Shown here one piece after another: positions 40,206-49,427 of a DNA stretch of 64,000 bases. The notes below the pieces were generated by a model. The model was not told the origin of the DNA. It saw nothing but the letters and a program-made list of their open reading frames with translations, and did no database searches. This stretch comes from Christensenellales bacterium. Lineage in GTDB: Bacteria; Bacillota; Clostridia; Christensenellales; DTU072. A program made the position numbers and the translations under genes. The first letter of the stretch is position 1. Each line of letters begins with the position of its first letter. Where the stretch lies: positions 5,464 through 69,463 of the forward strand of contig JBMNTS010000004.1 of NCBI GenBank assembly GCA_050945855.1, written 5' to 3'.

Positions 40206-40236
40206 AGTGGTAAGAACAATCTTGCCACTTTTTATT
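40206..40236 (+). terminator. Rho-independent terminator of the tRNA cluster
   Basis: AGTGGTAAGA-acaa-TCTTGCCACT (one G-U pair) followed by TTTTTATTT. Confidence 0.8.
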
Positions 40237-40273
40237 TGCCCCATTTTTGCTACATTAAATATTCTTATTATTA

Positions 40274-40301
40274 TTGACATTGGTAGCACTTGTGCTATAA
40301 T
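40274..40301 (+). promoter_or_regulatory. Near-consensus sigma-A promoter (TTGACA-16 nt-TGcTATAAT)
   Basis: Read from the sequence. Drives the small acidic ORF. Confidence 0.65.
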
Positions 40302-40385
40302 CTAACCAGCAAAATGTCCGCAAGAGATAACAAAGTTTATCTTTTTGGCATAGATATGATAAAAATATTATATGGAGCTATTTTT

Positions 40386-40586
40386 ATGGGATTTTTTGAC
40401 GATATTGAGAAATTAACCAGCGACCCCAAAAACTTACTTGAACAAAGCCTAAGGTTAGGCTCATTTGTAGACCAAATGGCCTATGACGATGAAGACGAAA
40501 ACGACTCAGAAGATTATGGCGACAAAGACTATGATGACTTAGAAGATTACGACGACCTAGGCGAAGGCGACTTTGAAGATTATTAA
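40386..40586 (+). CDS. Small hyper-acidic protein, 66 aa (MGFFDDIEKL...DYDDLGEGDFEDY); no family recognised
   Basis: GGAG RBS 8 nt before the ATG at 40386. The track start at 40290 lies inside the promoter. The C-terminal half is almost entirely D/E with repeated (D/E)DY units. Confidence 0.55.
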   Translation: MGFFDDIEKLTSDPKNLLEQSLRLGSFVDQMAYDDEDENDSEDYGDKDYDDLEDYDDLGEGDFEDY

Positions 40587-40756
40587 GAGAAAGAAAACAG
40601 CACCATTGTTAATATATGAAATAGAAGTTGTATTAGCACCATTAAGCGTGGCCGTAATCTATCTTAAAAGACTGTTTATTCAAGCATAAAAAAATGCAAA
40701 GTCTTTTAGGTAACTCATTAATAAAGGATTAGGATAGCTTATAAATTATCTACAAA

Positions 40757-42043
40757 CTAAGAATTAATGCTGATAAACTCCTTAAAATTGCCTTCAATAA
40801 TATCAAAGAAGTTTTCTGCAATTTCTGCATCTTTTGCGTTGCCTTTTATGGCTATGGTAAGGGTTGCCGCGCCGTCAAGGGTGGTGACGGCAAGCTGCAT
40901 ATACGGCTTGTATTTTACCGCGCCTGTAATAAAACCGTCCACAAGATGGGCGTCCTTAAAGGATAACAGCTTGGGATTGAGCACGCCTATGTTGCTCATG
41001 CCGATAAGCGGATTGGAATAGCCTTTGGAGATTGCGAATTCGGATAATTTATAAGGAAAAATGGTGTAGGCTAAATTTAGCAGCGGCAATGAGTAAAGCC
41101 CTATGTATTTATCCCTTTTGGATTTATTTACGGACTTGATTACATTAATCAACGTTTCATTTATGTTTCGTCCCTTGCAATTAACACCGCATTGCATAAA
41201 ACCGGTATGGTTTGTCAGTCCCGTAGACAAGCCGCCGTCCGAAATATGCCGCCTGAGGTCCACCATGCAAGGGATAGTCAGGGAAGAATTGACATCAAAT
41301 TTGCCGATATCGTATAGTGCGCTTACATATACCGCCAAAAGCAAATCATTTGCGGTTGCGTCAAAGCCCTTTGCGATAAGCCGCGCTTTTTCAAATACTT
41401 CTTTGGCGATTTTCCGATTGCAAATCATATTTTTATCGGCTGCGTCAGGCGCGGTGAAGGGGAATTGCTTTTCGTCTTTAACCGCGCTGATGTTCTTATA
41501 CAGCTTTTCCGCAATTCTTTGTTCGCTCTTTGACAGACCGGTGTAAACCTTGTCATACGACCTGCTGCCCGTCTTGATTTCGATTTTGTTGATTCCGTTC
41601 GCAAGATTATTGTAGTTTGCGGCAAGCATAGCCAGAAAATACTTGAAATCACCGCCGTCAAAACACATGTGGTTGACAATCATGGAAAGGTGCGTTTTGC
41701 CCTCATGATAGAAAAGGGCAACCTTATATTGCACATTATTGTCGTAAGGAATGGTTTGAGTCAAAAAACTGTCCGCATCTTTGGCGATGTCGGCAGACTC
41801 TTTTACGGTCAGAATATCCTCTATTGAATATGGCGCTTCTTCCCAATACGGATCAATGGGATGCTCCACAAATCTGGAGTGCAATATGGGCACAAGCTCG
41901 GTAAAGCCGATTAATACCGTCTTTATAATGTCTTTGTCAAGTATGCCGTCATAAACGGTATAAGCGTGCACCATTCTGTCATAATAGTTGCGGAACATGA
42001 ACTGCATTTTGTCCCAAAGCTCCGCCTTAATCTTTCTTGCCAT
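40757..42043 (-). CDS. Stand-alone condensation/CAT-like acyltransferase superfamily protein (HxxxDG motif)
   Basis: 428 aa. Catalytic-type motif VNHMCFDGGD at about residue 125, as in NRPS C-domains, WS/DGAT, PapA5 and alcohol acetyltransferases. Last gene of a three-gene minus-strand operon. Confidence 0.55.
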   Translation of the reverse strand: MARKIKAELWDKMQFMFRNYYDRMVHAYTVYDGILDKDIIKTVLIGFTELVPILHSRFVEHPIDPYWEEAPYSIEDILTVKESADIAKDADSFLTQTIPYDNNVQYKVALFYHEGKTHLSMIVNHMCFDGGDFKYFLAMLAANYNNLANGINKIEIKTGSRSYDKVYTGLSKSEQRIAEKLYKNISAVKDEKQFPFTAPDAADKNMICNRKIAKEVFEKARLIAKGFDATANDLLLAVYVSALYDIGKFDVNSSLTIPCMVDLRRHISDGGLSTGLTNHTGFMQCGVNCKGRNINETLINVIKSVNKSKRDKYIGLYSLPLLNLAYTIFPYKLSEFAISKGYSNPLIGMSNIGVLNPKLLSFKDAHLVDGFITGAVKYKPYMQLAVTTLDGAATLTIAIKGNAKDAEIAENFFDIIEGNFKEFISINS

Positions 42044-42068
42044 ATCTCACCTTGTTTTTTCAGAGGTT

Positions 42069-42908
42069 TTACCATTCTGTATAGTATTTTTCGTCAATTT
42101 CGTTAGGATTGGATTTTTCTTGCCTTGCGCCTTTCACTTTGTTGACTGTGGCAAGCATTGTGCCCGCTATCGCTATGCCAAGCAAAATAAGCATCCATCC
42201 GGGGTGGGCAAAGGCGGGGTGCAGCACAACTATAATTACATATAGCATCGCATAAAAAAGGATAATATCGGCGGCGGCGGTGAGCCATTTCCCTTTGGAT
42301 TTAAGCACCATGGATATCACAAAATCAGCGACAGCCAAAAACGCAGGGAGGGAAATAAAGGACACATACCATTTTTCAATATTCTGTACATGCTTGTTTA
42401 TCAACATAAAAACCAAAGACACAAACACCACCCAAAGCGATACTATGCCTAGCGCGCTTAAGCGGATATACAGTTTTTTGAGTTTAGCCTTATTATTGAC
42501 CATAAAGAGTATCAGCAAGGTGGAAACCCAGGCAAAAATGCCGCCTAAAAGTATAATCCACGACCAATTCCAAATAGGTGGGCGGACTGCCAAGCCCAGA
42601 ATGATATATACCAACACGCAGGGCAGCAATATGGCAAGAGATATAATTGCAGCAACGGACTTCTTTTTTTTCAGCGTCTTTTCCCTCAACCTTTTTTCCT
42701 CGAACGAGGCAAGCAGCGCATCCATATCGCCCAACTTCTTTATTGTCAGGTCGTAGACAACTTCCTCATTGGCAACGCCTTTTATCTTAAGCTCTCGGGA
42801 ATAATCCATTAACTCTTGCAAAAGCTGTTTTCTGTATTCCGCCGCCGCTTGTGTGGGTGGAATTTTTTGAAATTCCGACTGTAAAAACTGTTTTATTTTG
42901 TTTTCCAT
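42069..42908 (-). CDS. Polytopic membrane protein with a soluble helical N-terminal domain (resembling the DUF1700 / permease-prefix type)
   Basis: About 90 aa of charged helical N-terminus, a KKKK stop-transfer, then about 6 TM helices. Family assignment is tentative. Confidence 0.5.
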   Translation of the reverse strand: MENKIKQFLQSEFQKIPPTQAAAEYRKQLLQELMDYSRELKIKGVANEEVVYDLTIKKLGDMDALLASFEEKRLREKTLKKKKSVAAIISLAILLPCVLVYIILGLAVRPPIWNWSWIILLGGIFAWVSTLLILFMVNNKAKLKKLYIRLSALGIVSLWVVFVSLVFMLINKHVQNIEKWYVSFISLPAFLAVADFVISMVLKSKGKWLTAAADIILFYAMLYVIIVVLHPAFAHPGWMLILLGIAIAGTMLATVNKVKGARQEKSNPNEIDEKYYTEW

Positions 42909-42951
42909 ATTGACACATCCGTTTTTGCCTGAAGCTAAAGGGCAATAATTG

Positions 42952-44736
42952 CTAATATTGCCTCAACTCTTGAGTTTTGCGATTGATAATCACATTATTG
43001 TTGCCTTCGTTGTGCAAGATGTCTTTCAGCAGTAAATCATATAATACTTCGTTCAACAATATCTGAACGTTTATTTCCTTTGAGCCAATCGCGCGCCCGA
43101 TACTGTCGCCCAATCCGGGCATCACCGCGTTAAGCATAGGTTTAATCAATAATTTAATAGAGGTTAAATCACTCAGATTGCCTGCGTCTATTTGGAAAGG
43201 AAGCAAGTCGCCTGCTATGGCTACGCCGAACTCAAGGAAATTGGAATCCAACAATTCCAACTCATTATCCTCATACAATCTCTCAATATCCAATTCCAAT
43301 ACCGGCGCGTCGGGCAGAATCCCGGCTATATCGTCTTTAAGCTCGTTTATCTTATGGAACAAAGCGAAAATAGCGTTGTTTAACAATTTTATTTCCACGC
43401 TGTCGAGACCTATATCCTGCTCTCCCCTATTCATACCCATTATAACGGAGGCGACAAACTGAGTAAGAGAAGTATAACGGGAAGGGGGAATATCCTTTCC
43501 GTATTGCTTAACGATACTTTGCAGGGATTCCTCGCCGTCCGCATCCTTTTCGTAGAGAGGCATTCTGAGCAGGGGGGCAAGAGCGTTATCCGCCAGCAAG
43601 CCTACAATTTGAGCGATGTCACCGGTAAGATTAAAACTAGGTATCATATAAGAACTTGTCAAAGCATTAAGGAAAGTAATGCCTTTGGCGCAATGCTCTT
43701 CCGCGTACAAAGGAAAATTCGCTTCAATTTTGGCGTAATCTTCAGCCGAAGTAAAAGGATGCACGTAAGACATATTTATCCTCTGAGGGAAAACTGCTTC
43801 AAACTTATAATCACTTTTTGTAATGCTCAAGATTCTGTGCGCGCCCGGATAATACACCGAAGAGCCTGTGCCGATATCGTATATCACCTTGTCCTCTGCG
43901 AACGCCGTAGCCACGCTTTGAATATGGTTATGTCCGGTAAGAGTAAAGGGAACTCCGTACTGCATAAAGATATCCAAAATGCGGTCGTAATACTCTCCTC
44001 CTTCGGTGCCTCCGCCGCTGACCAGCTTTTTCGCGACGGCGGGAAAATGATTAAGAAAAGGCTTATGCGCCATAATTATGGGAGTTTTTTTGTCCTTTTG
44101 GCATTGCTTAAGCTGCGCCTCGCACCAGGTCAGAAGCCTGTCGTCCAATTCGCTTTTGTAGGTATCGGTATCCGAACTGAAATAATCGTCATTATCTATT
44201 GCAATCAGGCGATGGCTTTTGCCGATATCCGCGGTATAGGAAAGAGAGTCGGTATCTTTAACCAAGGCTTGCTTATAGCCCAGATTAAAATAGATTTCCC
44301 TGAAACGCGCGGAAGGTATGTTTTCTCCGATAGAGACAGAATCGCGCAGATCGTGATTGCCGTTGATCACAAACACCTGCTTGCCGTTATCGACAAGTTT
44401 TTGAAAAATCCGGGCAACGGCTAAATGTGAAGCCAAATCTCCTCTTTCCGTCAAATCTCCAGCAACCAATACGGTGGTGATTCTTTTGTCGCTTATAAGG
44501 TCGTCCACTATGGTTTTGGCGATAGCTTCGGAAAGGTGTATCATTTTATCCACGCCCGAATAATACTCGTACGTTTCCGAATCGGTAAAGTAGGACTCCG
44601 CGAATATATGCGTATCCGATACTACCGCAATATAAGTTTCGGGACCGTGTTCGGTCAAGTAATATGCGATTACGCCTCCGGCAAGCGCCGTGAATAATAC
44701 CGCGACAATCAATAGGGCAACAGTTTTCTTTTTCAT
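42952..44736 (-). CDS. Membrane-anchored metallophosphoesterase with a C-terminal extension of about 270 aa of unknown function
   Basis: N-terminal TM helix. Metallophosphoesterase motifs VSDTHIF, AGDLTERGD, NGNHDL, MAHKP, GHNH. The C-terminal half has no recognised motif. Confidence 0.8.
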   Translation of the reverse strand: MKKKTVALLIVAVLFTALAGGVIAYYLTEHGPETYIAVVSDTHIFAESYFTDSETYEYYSGVDKMIHLSEAIAKTIVDDLISDKRITTVLVAGDLTERGDLASHLAVARIFQKLVDNGKQVFVINGNHDLRDSVSIGENIPSARFREIYFNLGYKQALVKDTDSLSYTADIGKSHRLIAIDNDDYFSSDTDTYKSELDDRLLTWCEAQLKQCQKDKKTPIIMAHKPFLNHFPAVAKKLVSGGGTEGGEYYDRILDIFMQYGVPFTLTGHNHIQSVATAFAEDKVIYDIGTGSSVYYPGAHRILSITKSDYKFEAVFPQRINMSYVHPFTSAEDYAKIEANFPLYAEEHCAKGITFLNALTSSYMIPSFNLTGDIAQIVGLLADNALAPLLRMPLYEKDADGEESLQSIVKQYGKDIPPSRYTSLTQFVASVIMGMNRGEQDIGLDSVEIKLLNNAIFALFHKINELKDDIAGILPDAPVLELDIERLYEDNELELLDSNFLEFGVAIAGDLLPFQIDAGNLSDLTSIKLLIKPMLNAVMPGLGDSIGRAIGSKEINVQILLNEVLYDLLLKDILHNEGNNNVIINRKTQELRQY

Positions 44737-44832
44737 ATAATGCTCCGCTTATTAAGTGGATTTGCCGTTATTATAACATAAAAACCTTATTTATTTTTAT
44801 CATTTTATGTAATTTTTTCATTTTTCTTCAAT

Positions 44833-44861
44833 GTATAAGGGAATAGTTTTTAGGCAATATA
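44833..44861 (+). promoter_or_regulatory. Candidate forespore (sigma-G/sigma-F type) promoter for spoVAC-D-E (GTATA-17 nt-CAATATA)
   Basis: Resembles the sigma-G consensus (GnATA -35, CATAnTA -10). spoVA is sigma-G dependent in Bacillus. Confidence 0.35.
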
Positions 44862-44953
44862 AATTTAGGGTATAAATATGCTTAGAAGAAAAGAAATTAA
44901 AGAAAAAGAAGAAATATGCTTCCCGCCTTCGGAGAGAGAGGAGCTAAAGGAAA

Positions 44954-45406
44954 ATGGATAAAAAAGAGTACGCCAAACTGGTAAAAAAGGTAATGCCGAA
45001 AACCGAGCATTTTAAGACAATGATTTTGGCGTTTGTGACCGGCGGAATAGTCTGTATGATAGGACAGGGAATATTCGATATCCTGAGCCTGCTTTTTCCC
45101 GCTTTATCCGAAAAAGACTTAAATATGTTTGCATTGATAACGCTGATAACTATTACCGGAATCCTTACCGCCGTCGGAGTGTATGACAAATTCGGCAATT
45201 TAGCGGGCGCGGGTTCGGTTATTCCCATTGCGGGCTTTGCAAACGCCGTAATATCCCCCGCAATAGAGCACAAAAGCGAAGGTATAGTGCTGGGCGTATG
45301 CGATAATATGTTCACAATCGCGGGACCGGTTATAGTTTTCGGCACTTCCGCCTCCATTTTGTTAGGTTTTATCGTATTAATTTTCAGGAGCGCATTCGGT
45401 GGATAA
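44954..45406 (+). CDS. spoVAC: Stage V sporulation protein AC
   Basis: SpoVAC-like 4-TM protein (FVTGGIVCMIGQG, IPIAGFANAV). Confidence 0.92.
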   Translation: MDKKEYAKLVKKVMPKTEHFKTMILAFVTGGIVCMIGQGIFDILSLLFPALSEKDLNMFALITLITITGILTAVGVYDKFGNLAGAGSVIPIAGFANAVISPAIEHKSEGIVLGVCDNMFTIAGPVIVFGTSASILLGFIVLIFRSAFGG

Positions 45407-46403
45407 AAAAATAGGGTCAACTTTATTTTTCAGCGATGTAAAGATTGCGGGAACCAGCAGTATTGGCGGTCCCAGAGAAGGAGAGGGACCCTTCGGGGAC
45501 GAGTTTGACAGCATTCTAAAGGATGACGAACTGGGGCAAAAGTCCTTTGAAAAGGCGGAGTGCAAGCTGCACACTTACGCAATCAAGCATCTGCTGTTCA
45601 AGACCAAGCTGGCTGCAGAAGAGATTGATTGTATTCTTGCGGGGGATTTAATGGACGAGATAGTGGGCGCAAGCTATACCGCCAAGGAATTTCCCACTTG
45701 TTTTTTGGGCCTGTATAACGCGTGCGCTACTTTCGGCGAAGCGTTGATACTGGGAGCGTGCCTGATAGACGGAGGCTTTATGCGCAGGGTAATCTGCTCT
45801 TCTTCCAGTCATTTTTCCACCGCGGAAAGGCAATTCCGCTTTCCGCTGGAGTTGGGCAACCAACGCTCCCCTCTGGCTCAATGGACGGTAACCGGCGCGG
45901 GGGCCACCCTGCTTTCAGCAAGCGGAGGAAAGGTAGGCGTCACTTGCGCGACAATAGGCAAAGTCATAGACTACGGAATAACGGACGCGGACGATATGGG
46001 GGCGGCGATGGCGCCCAGCGCGCGGGATACGCTTATCAATCATATTAAGGACACCAAAAGGGATTTGGATTACTATGATTTGATAGCTACCGGGGATTTG
46101 GGCAGAGCGGGCGCAAATATGCTTAAAATATTGATGGAAAAGCAGGGTTACCGTCTGGGCGAGAATTACCATGATTGCGGCGCAATGATATTTGACCGCA
46201 AGGATGATAATGTTAAACAGGGCGGCAGCGGCACAGGCTGCTCCAATATAGTTTTTAACGGTCATATTTATAAGAAAATGATAAAAAACGAGTATAAAAA
46301 AGTGCTGCTTATGCCTACGGGCGCTTTGCTTTCCAAAACCAGCACATTGCAAAAGCAGACTATACCCGCCATTACGCATGCCGTTGCGATTGAGGTGATT
46401 TAA
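45399..46403 (+). CDS. spoVAD: Stage V sporulation protein AD
   Basis: Thiolase-like SpoVAD sequence (GGPREGEGPFG, KSFEKAE). GTG start overlaps spoVAC. Confidence 0.92.
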   Translation: MDKKIGSTLFFSDVKIAGTSSIGGPREGEGPFGDEFDSILKDDELGQKSFEKAECKLHTYAIKHLLFKTKLAAEEIDCILAGDLMDEIVGASYTAKEFPTCFLGLYNACATFGEALILGACLIDGGFMRRVICSSSSHFSTAERQFRFPLELGNQRSPLAQWTVTGAGATLLSASGGKVGVTCATIGKVIDYGITDADDMGAAMAPSARDTLINHIKDTKRDLDYYDLIATGDLGRAGANMLKILMEKQGYRLGENYHDCGAMIFDRKDDNVKQGGSGTGCSNIVFNGHIYKKMIKNEYKKVLLMPTGALLSKTSTLQKQTIPAITHAVAIEVI

Positions 46404-46768
46404 TGGATACAGTATTATTATATATGCGCGTTTTTCTTGTGGGAGGTCTAATATGCATGATTGGGCAGGTGCTAATAAATACAACCAAAATGACTTCCGC
46501 GAGGGTATTAACCATATTTTTGATACTGGGCATGGTGCTGGAAGCCGTGGGCGTATACAAATATATCAGAGAATTTGCGAAAGCGGGAGCGACGGTGCCC
46601 ATTACCGGTTTCGGCAGCGCGCTGGCTAAAGGGGTTATTGAGGGTACTCTGCAAAAAGGCTTGCAGGGAGCGATAACGGCGGGAGTGGAAAGTATGGCGG
46701 GCGGCCTGGGCTGGGTGATTTTTTTGGCTTTTATCCTGTCCTTGATCGCGCGCCCCAAAACAAAGTAA
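46403..46768 (+). CDS. spoVAE: Stage V sporulation protein AE (SpoVAEb type)
   Basis: SpoVAC/AEb family (GGLICMIGQ, VPITGFGSALAKG). Confidence 0.9.
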   Translation: MDTVLLYMRVFLVGGLICMIGQVLINTTKMTSARVLTIFLILGMVLEAVGVYKYIREFAKAGATVPITGFGSALAKGVIEGTLQKGLQGAITAGVESMAGGLGWVIFLAFILSLIARPKTK

Positions 46769-46806
46769 TCCTTGACAGGGCAATTCCCTCCTAATATAAT
46801 TAAGAT

Positions 46807-47844
46807 ATGAAATATGCGGAATTATTTTCTTATTGCGACGCTTTTATAATTCAAAACGAAGCCAATCTCTTTTATTTTTCAGGTTATGAAAACGCGGACG
46901 CCATAATTGCCGCCTCCCCGGGGGGCGCCTTTTACATTACGGACAACAGATACACCGAAGAAGCCAAAGCCAGCATAAAGAATATGGAGATAGTCCAAAG
47001 CTCTCCGGATTCCTTTTTTAAAAGTGCTAAGGATTTGCTTGGCGGAGCAAAAAAGGTGGGGTACGAGAAAAGTAATATTTCTTATCTTCAATACCTAAAT
47101 TTACAAAGCCTAAATTGCGAATTGATTGATATAAGCGCTAAGATAGGCTCGCTCAGAATGATAAAAAGCGAAGAAGAGGCGGAAAGGGTAAGGCGGGCGC
47201 AAAGCATAACGGACGAGGTATTTGAAAAGGTGTTGGAGTATATAAGACCAGGCATCGGCGAGCGCAAGCTGGCGGGCAAGCTGGAAAGCTTATTGTTTGA
47301 GTGCGGCGCGGACAGTCTGGCTTTTCCCTCCATTGTCGCCGCGGGCAAAAACACCAGCAAGCCGCATGCCCACCGCACCGATTATATATTAAGAAAAGGG
47401 GATTTGGTCACTCTGGATTTCGGAGCGAAACTGAACGGTTATTGCTCGGATATGACAAGGACGGTATCCTTAGGCGACCCAGGAGAGCGCGCAAAGGCGG
47501 TATATAAAACGGTATTACACGCGCAAACGCAGGCGATTGCGGACATTAAGGCGGGGATGAGCGGAAAAGAAGCGGACGCAATCGCAAGAGATATCTTTGC
47601 CGCTCAAGGCTATAAAGATTATTTCACTCATTCATTGGGGCACGGGTTGGGGATAGAGGTGCACGAAGACCCCCGTCTATCTTATTTAAATGAAAATCCG
47701 CTAAAGCAAAATATGATTTTCAGCGTAGAGCCCGGACTTTATTTTGAAAACGAATTCGGCATCAGGATAGAAGATTTAGTCATTTTGGGAAAAGATGGCA
47801 TAATTAACTTGACAAAAAGCGCTAAAAACCTGATAATATTATAG
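46807..47844 (+). CDS. Xaa-Pro aminopeptidase / M24 family peptidase
   Basis: Creatinase-like N-domain plus M24 metal ligands ([38 protein letters not shown]). Canonical position before efp. Confidence 0.88.
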   Translation: MKYAELFSYCDAFIIQNEANLFYFSGYENADAIIAASPGGAFYITDNRYTEEAKASIKNMEIVQSSPDSFFKSAKDLLGGAKKVGYEKSNISYLQYLNLQSLNCELIDISAKIGSLRMIKSEEEAERVRRAQSITDEVFEKVLEYIRPGIGERKLAGKLESLLFECGADSLAFPSIVAAGKNTSKPHAHRTDYILRKGDLVTLDFGAKLNGYCSDMTRTVSLGDPGERAKAVYKTVLHAQTQAIADIKAGMSGKEADAIARDIFAAQGYKDYFTHSLGHGLGIEVHEDPRLSYLNENPLKQNMIFSVEPGLYFENEFGIRIEDLVILGKDGIINLTKSAKNLIIL

Positions 47845-47861
47845 ATTCAACGGAGGTTTGT

Positions 47862-48425
47862 ATGGCATTTATTACAGCGGGCGATTTCAGAAAAGGCATT
47901 ACGTTTTTATATAACAACAGCGTACAGGTAATAGTGGATTTTCAGCACGTCAAACCGGGCAAGGGCGCGGCTTTTGTCAGGACTAAAATTCGCAACGTCA
48001 TTACGGGCGGCGTGGTGGAAAGAACTTTCAGCCCCACCGATAAGTTTGAGTTGGCGCACATTTCCCGCAAGAAAATGACATACAGCTATTCGGACGGCGA
48101 CTTGTATTATTTCATGGATAACGAGACTTATGAAATGCTGCCCTTGAACAGGGAATTGGTGCAGGACGCTCTTAACTTTGTGTTGGAAAATATGTCTGTC
48201 AACGTGTCTTTCTTTGATAACAAGGCTTTCAGCGTGGAGCCTGATAACTTTGTGGAGCTTAAAATAATCGAATGCGAGCCCGGCGTACCCGGAGCGACCG
48301 CTCAACCAGGCAGCAAGTCGGCAAAGCTGGAAACGGGCTTTAGCCTGCAGGTGCCGCTGTTTGTCAACGAAGGCGACACGATAAGAGTAGATACCCGTGA
48401 CGGCACGTATATGTCAAGGGTTTAA
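47862..48425 (+). CDS. efp: Translation elongation factor P
   Basis: [17 protein letters not shown] loop. Full-length EF-P-like sequence. Confidence 0.96.
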   Translation: MAFITAGDFRKGITFLYNNSVQVIVDFQHVKPGKGAAFVRTKIRNVITGGVVERTFSPTDKFELAHISRKKMTYSYSDGDLYYFMDNETYEMLPLNRELVQDALNFVLENMSVNVSFFDNKAFSVEPDNFVELKIIECEPGVPGATAQPGSKSAKLETGFSLQVPLFVNEGDTIRVDTRDGTYMSRV

Positions 48426-48456
48426 TTCACTCAAATATCAACGTAATTTATATTGG

Positions 48457-48483
48457 GCTTTCGCTTGTCGAAAGCTTTTTTTT
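48457..48483 (+). terminator. Rho-independent terminator of efp
   Basis: GCTTTCG-cttgt-CGAAAGC followed by T8. Confidence 0.8.
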
Positions 48484-48563
48484 GCTTAAATTTTGAAATT
48501 CAAACAAGCCTGAAAAACAGCGGCGTTCATAATCCGCGGCAATTTTGATTAGATTATATAAAG

Positions 48564-49427
48564 ATGTTATTTCCGCTGCAAAAGCTGCTGGGCATGCCTT
48601 TTTACAGGGAGGTATGCGGAGCGGTAAGCGAAAAGGAGCTTACGGAGATTAGGCTAAGGGCGGGGCGGCCTGTGATAGCAAAAGATCTCAGCCGCCGCTT
48701 TGTGGTGCAGACAAGCGAGAAGGCGGAGAATTTGATCGCGGGGATTGTGGAGAGGGCGACCAACCATTCCTTTTACGCATACGAGGAGGAACTGGCACGG
48801 GGATACCTTTTTTTTGAAGGCGGCATCAGGATAGGGGTGGCTGGCAAGGGAGTGGACGAGAGGGGCGGAATAAAAACCTTTAAGGAGATAATCTCCCTTA
48901 ACATCAGGATTCCCCACGAGGTTATAGGCTGTTCAGATAAAGTAAAAGAGGTTTTGGCGGATTTTAAAAACACTTTGGTCATTTCTCCTCCCGGCGCGGG
49001 AAAAACCACACTGATACGCGATATGGCAAGAGTGTTGGCAAAGGATTATGACGTGCTGATTATAGACGAGCGCAACGAGCTTGCGGGCGGCGCGCGACCC
49101 TGCTTTGACGTGGGAGCAATGAGCGACATTATTTCCGGCGTGAAAAAGGAGGGGGTTTACGAAGGCGCCATACGCGCGATGAGTCCGGAAATCATAGTGT
49201 TTGACGAGATTTTTCCCCGCCGCGACCTGCCTACGATAGCGGAAATTTCCCGTTGCGGCATCAAGGTGCTGGCAAGCATTCACGCTCAAGGACACATCGA
49301 ATTAATAGCCGCATGCCCGCAGACGGCGGAGTATTTTGATTATTTGATTACGCTGGAGTCTAAGCCAAAGATAGGCAGCATAAAATCTATAATAGAGGTT
49401 GGCAATGGTGAGTATTATAGCCGGTAG
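48564..49427 (+). CDS. spoIIIAA: Stage III sporulation protein AA (AAA+ ATPase)
   Basis: Walker A SPPGAGKTTLIRD and Walker B VLIIDE. First gene of an eight-gene spoIIIA operon. Confidence 0.9.
   Translation: MLFPLQKLLGMPFYREVCGAVSEKELTEIRLRAGRPVIAKDLSRRFVVQTSEKAENLIAGIVERATNHSFYAYEEELARGYLFFEGGIRIGVAGKGVDERGGIKTFKEIISLNIRIPHEVIGCSDKVKEVLADFKNTLVISPPGAGKTTLIRDMARVLAKDYDVLIIDERNELAGGARPCFDVGAMSDIISGVKKEGVYEGAIRAMSPEIIVFDEIFPRRDLPTIAEISRCGIKVLASIHAQGHIELIAACPQTAEYFDYLITLESKPKIGSIKSIIEVGNGEYYSR

Noticed and set aside
40290-40385. N-terminal extension of the acidic ORF as given by the ORF track (start at 40290)
   Set aside because: The proposed start lies inside the -10 region of the promoter. 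The ATG at 40386 has a GGAG RBS and is downstream of the predicted transcription start.
43504-44424. 306-aa plus-strand ORF inside the 42952-44736 phosphoesterase gene
   Set aside because: It is antisense to an ORF that carries a complete set of metallophosphoesterase motifs. It has no RBS or motifs of its own.
40200-44950. Possible genomic island integrated at the tRNA-Tyr 3' end
   Set aside because: There is no integrase, recombinase or transposase gene. I could find no direct repeat of the tRNA 3' end near 44.7-44.95 kb. The region is kept as an accessory-like operon rather than a mobile element.
48484-48563. Sigma-E promoter for spoIIIA
   Set aside because: TCATAAT resembles the sigma-E -35 element, but the -10 region (ATTAGATT) matches CATACAnT poorly. 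The evidence is insufficient.
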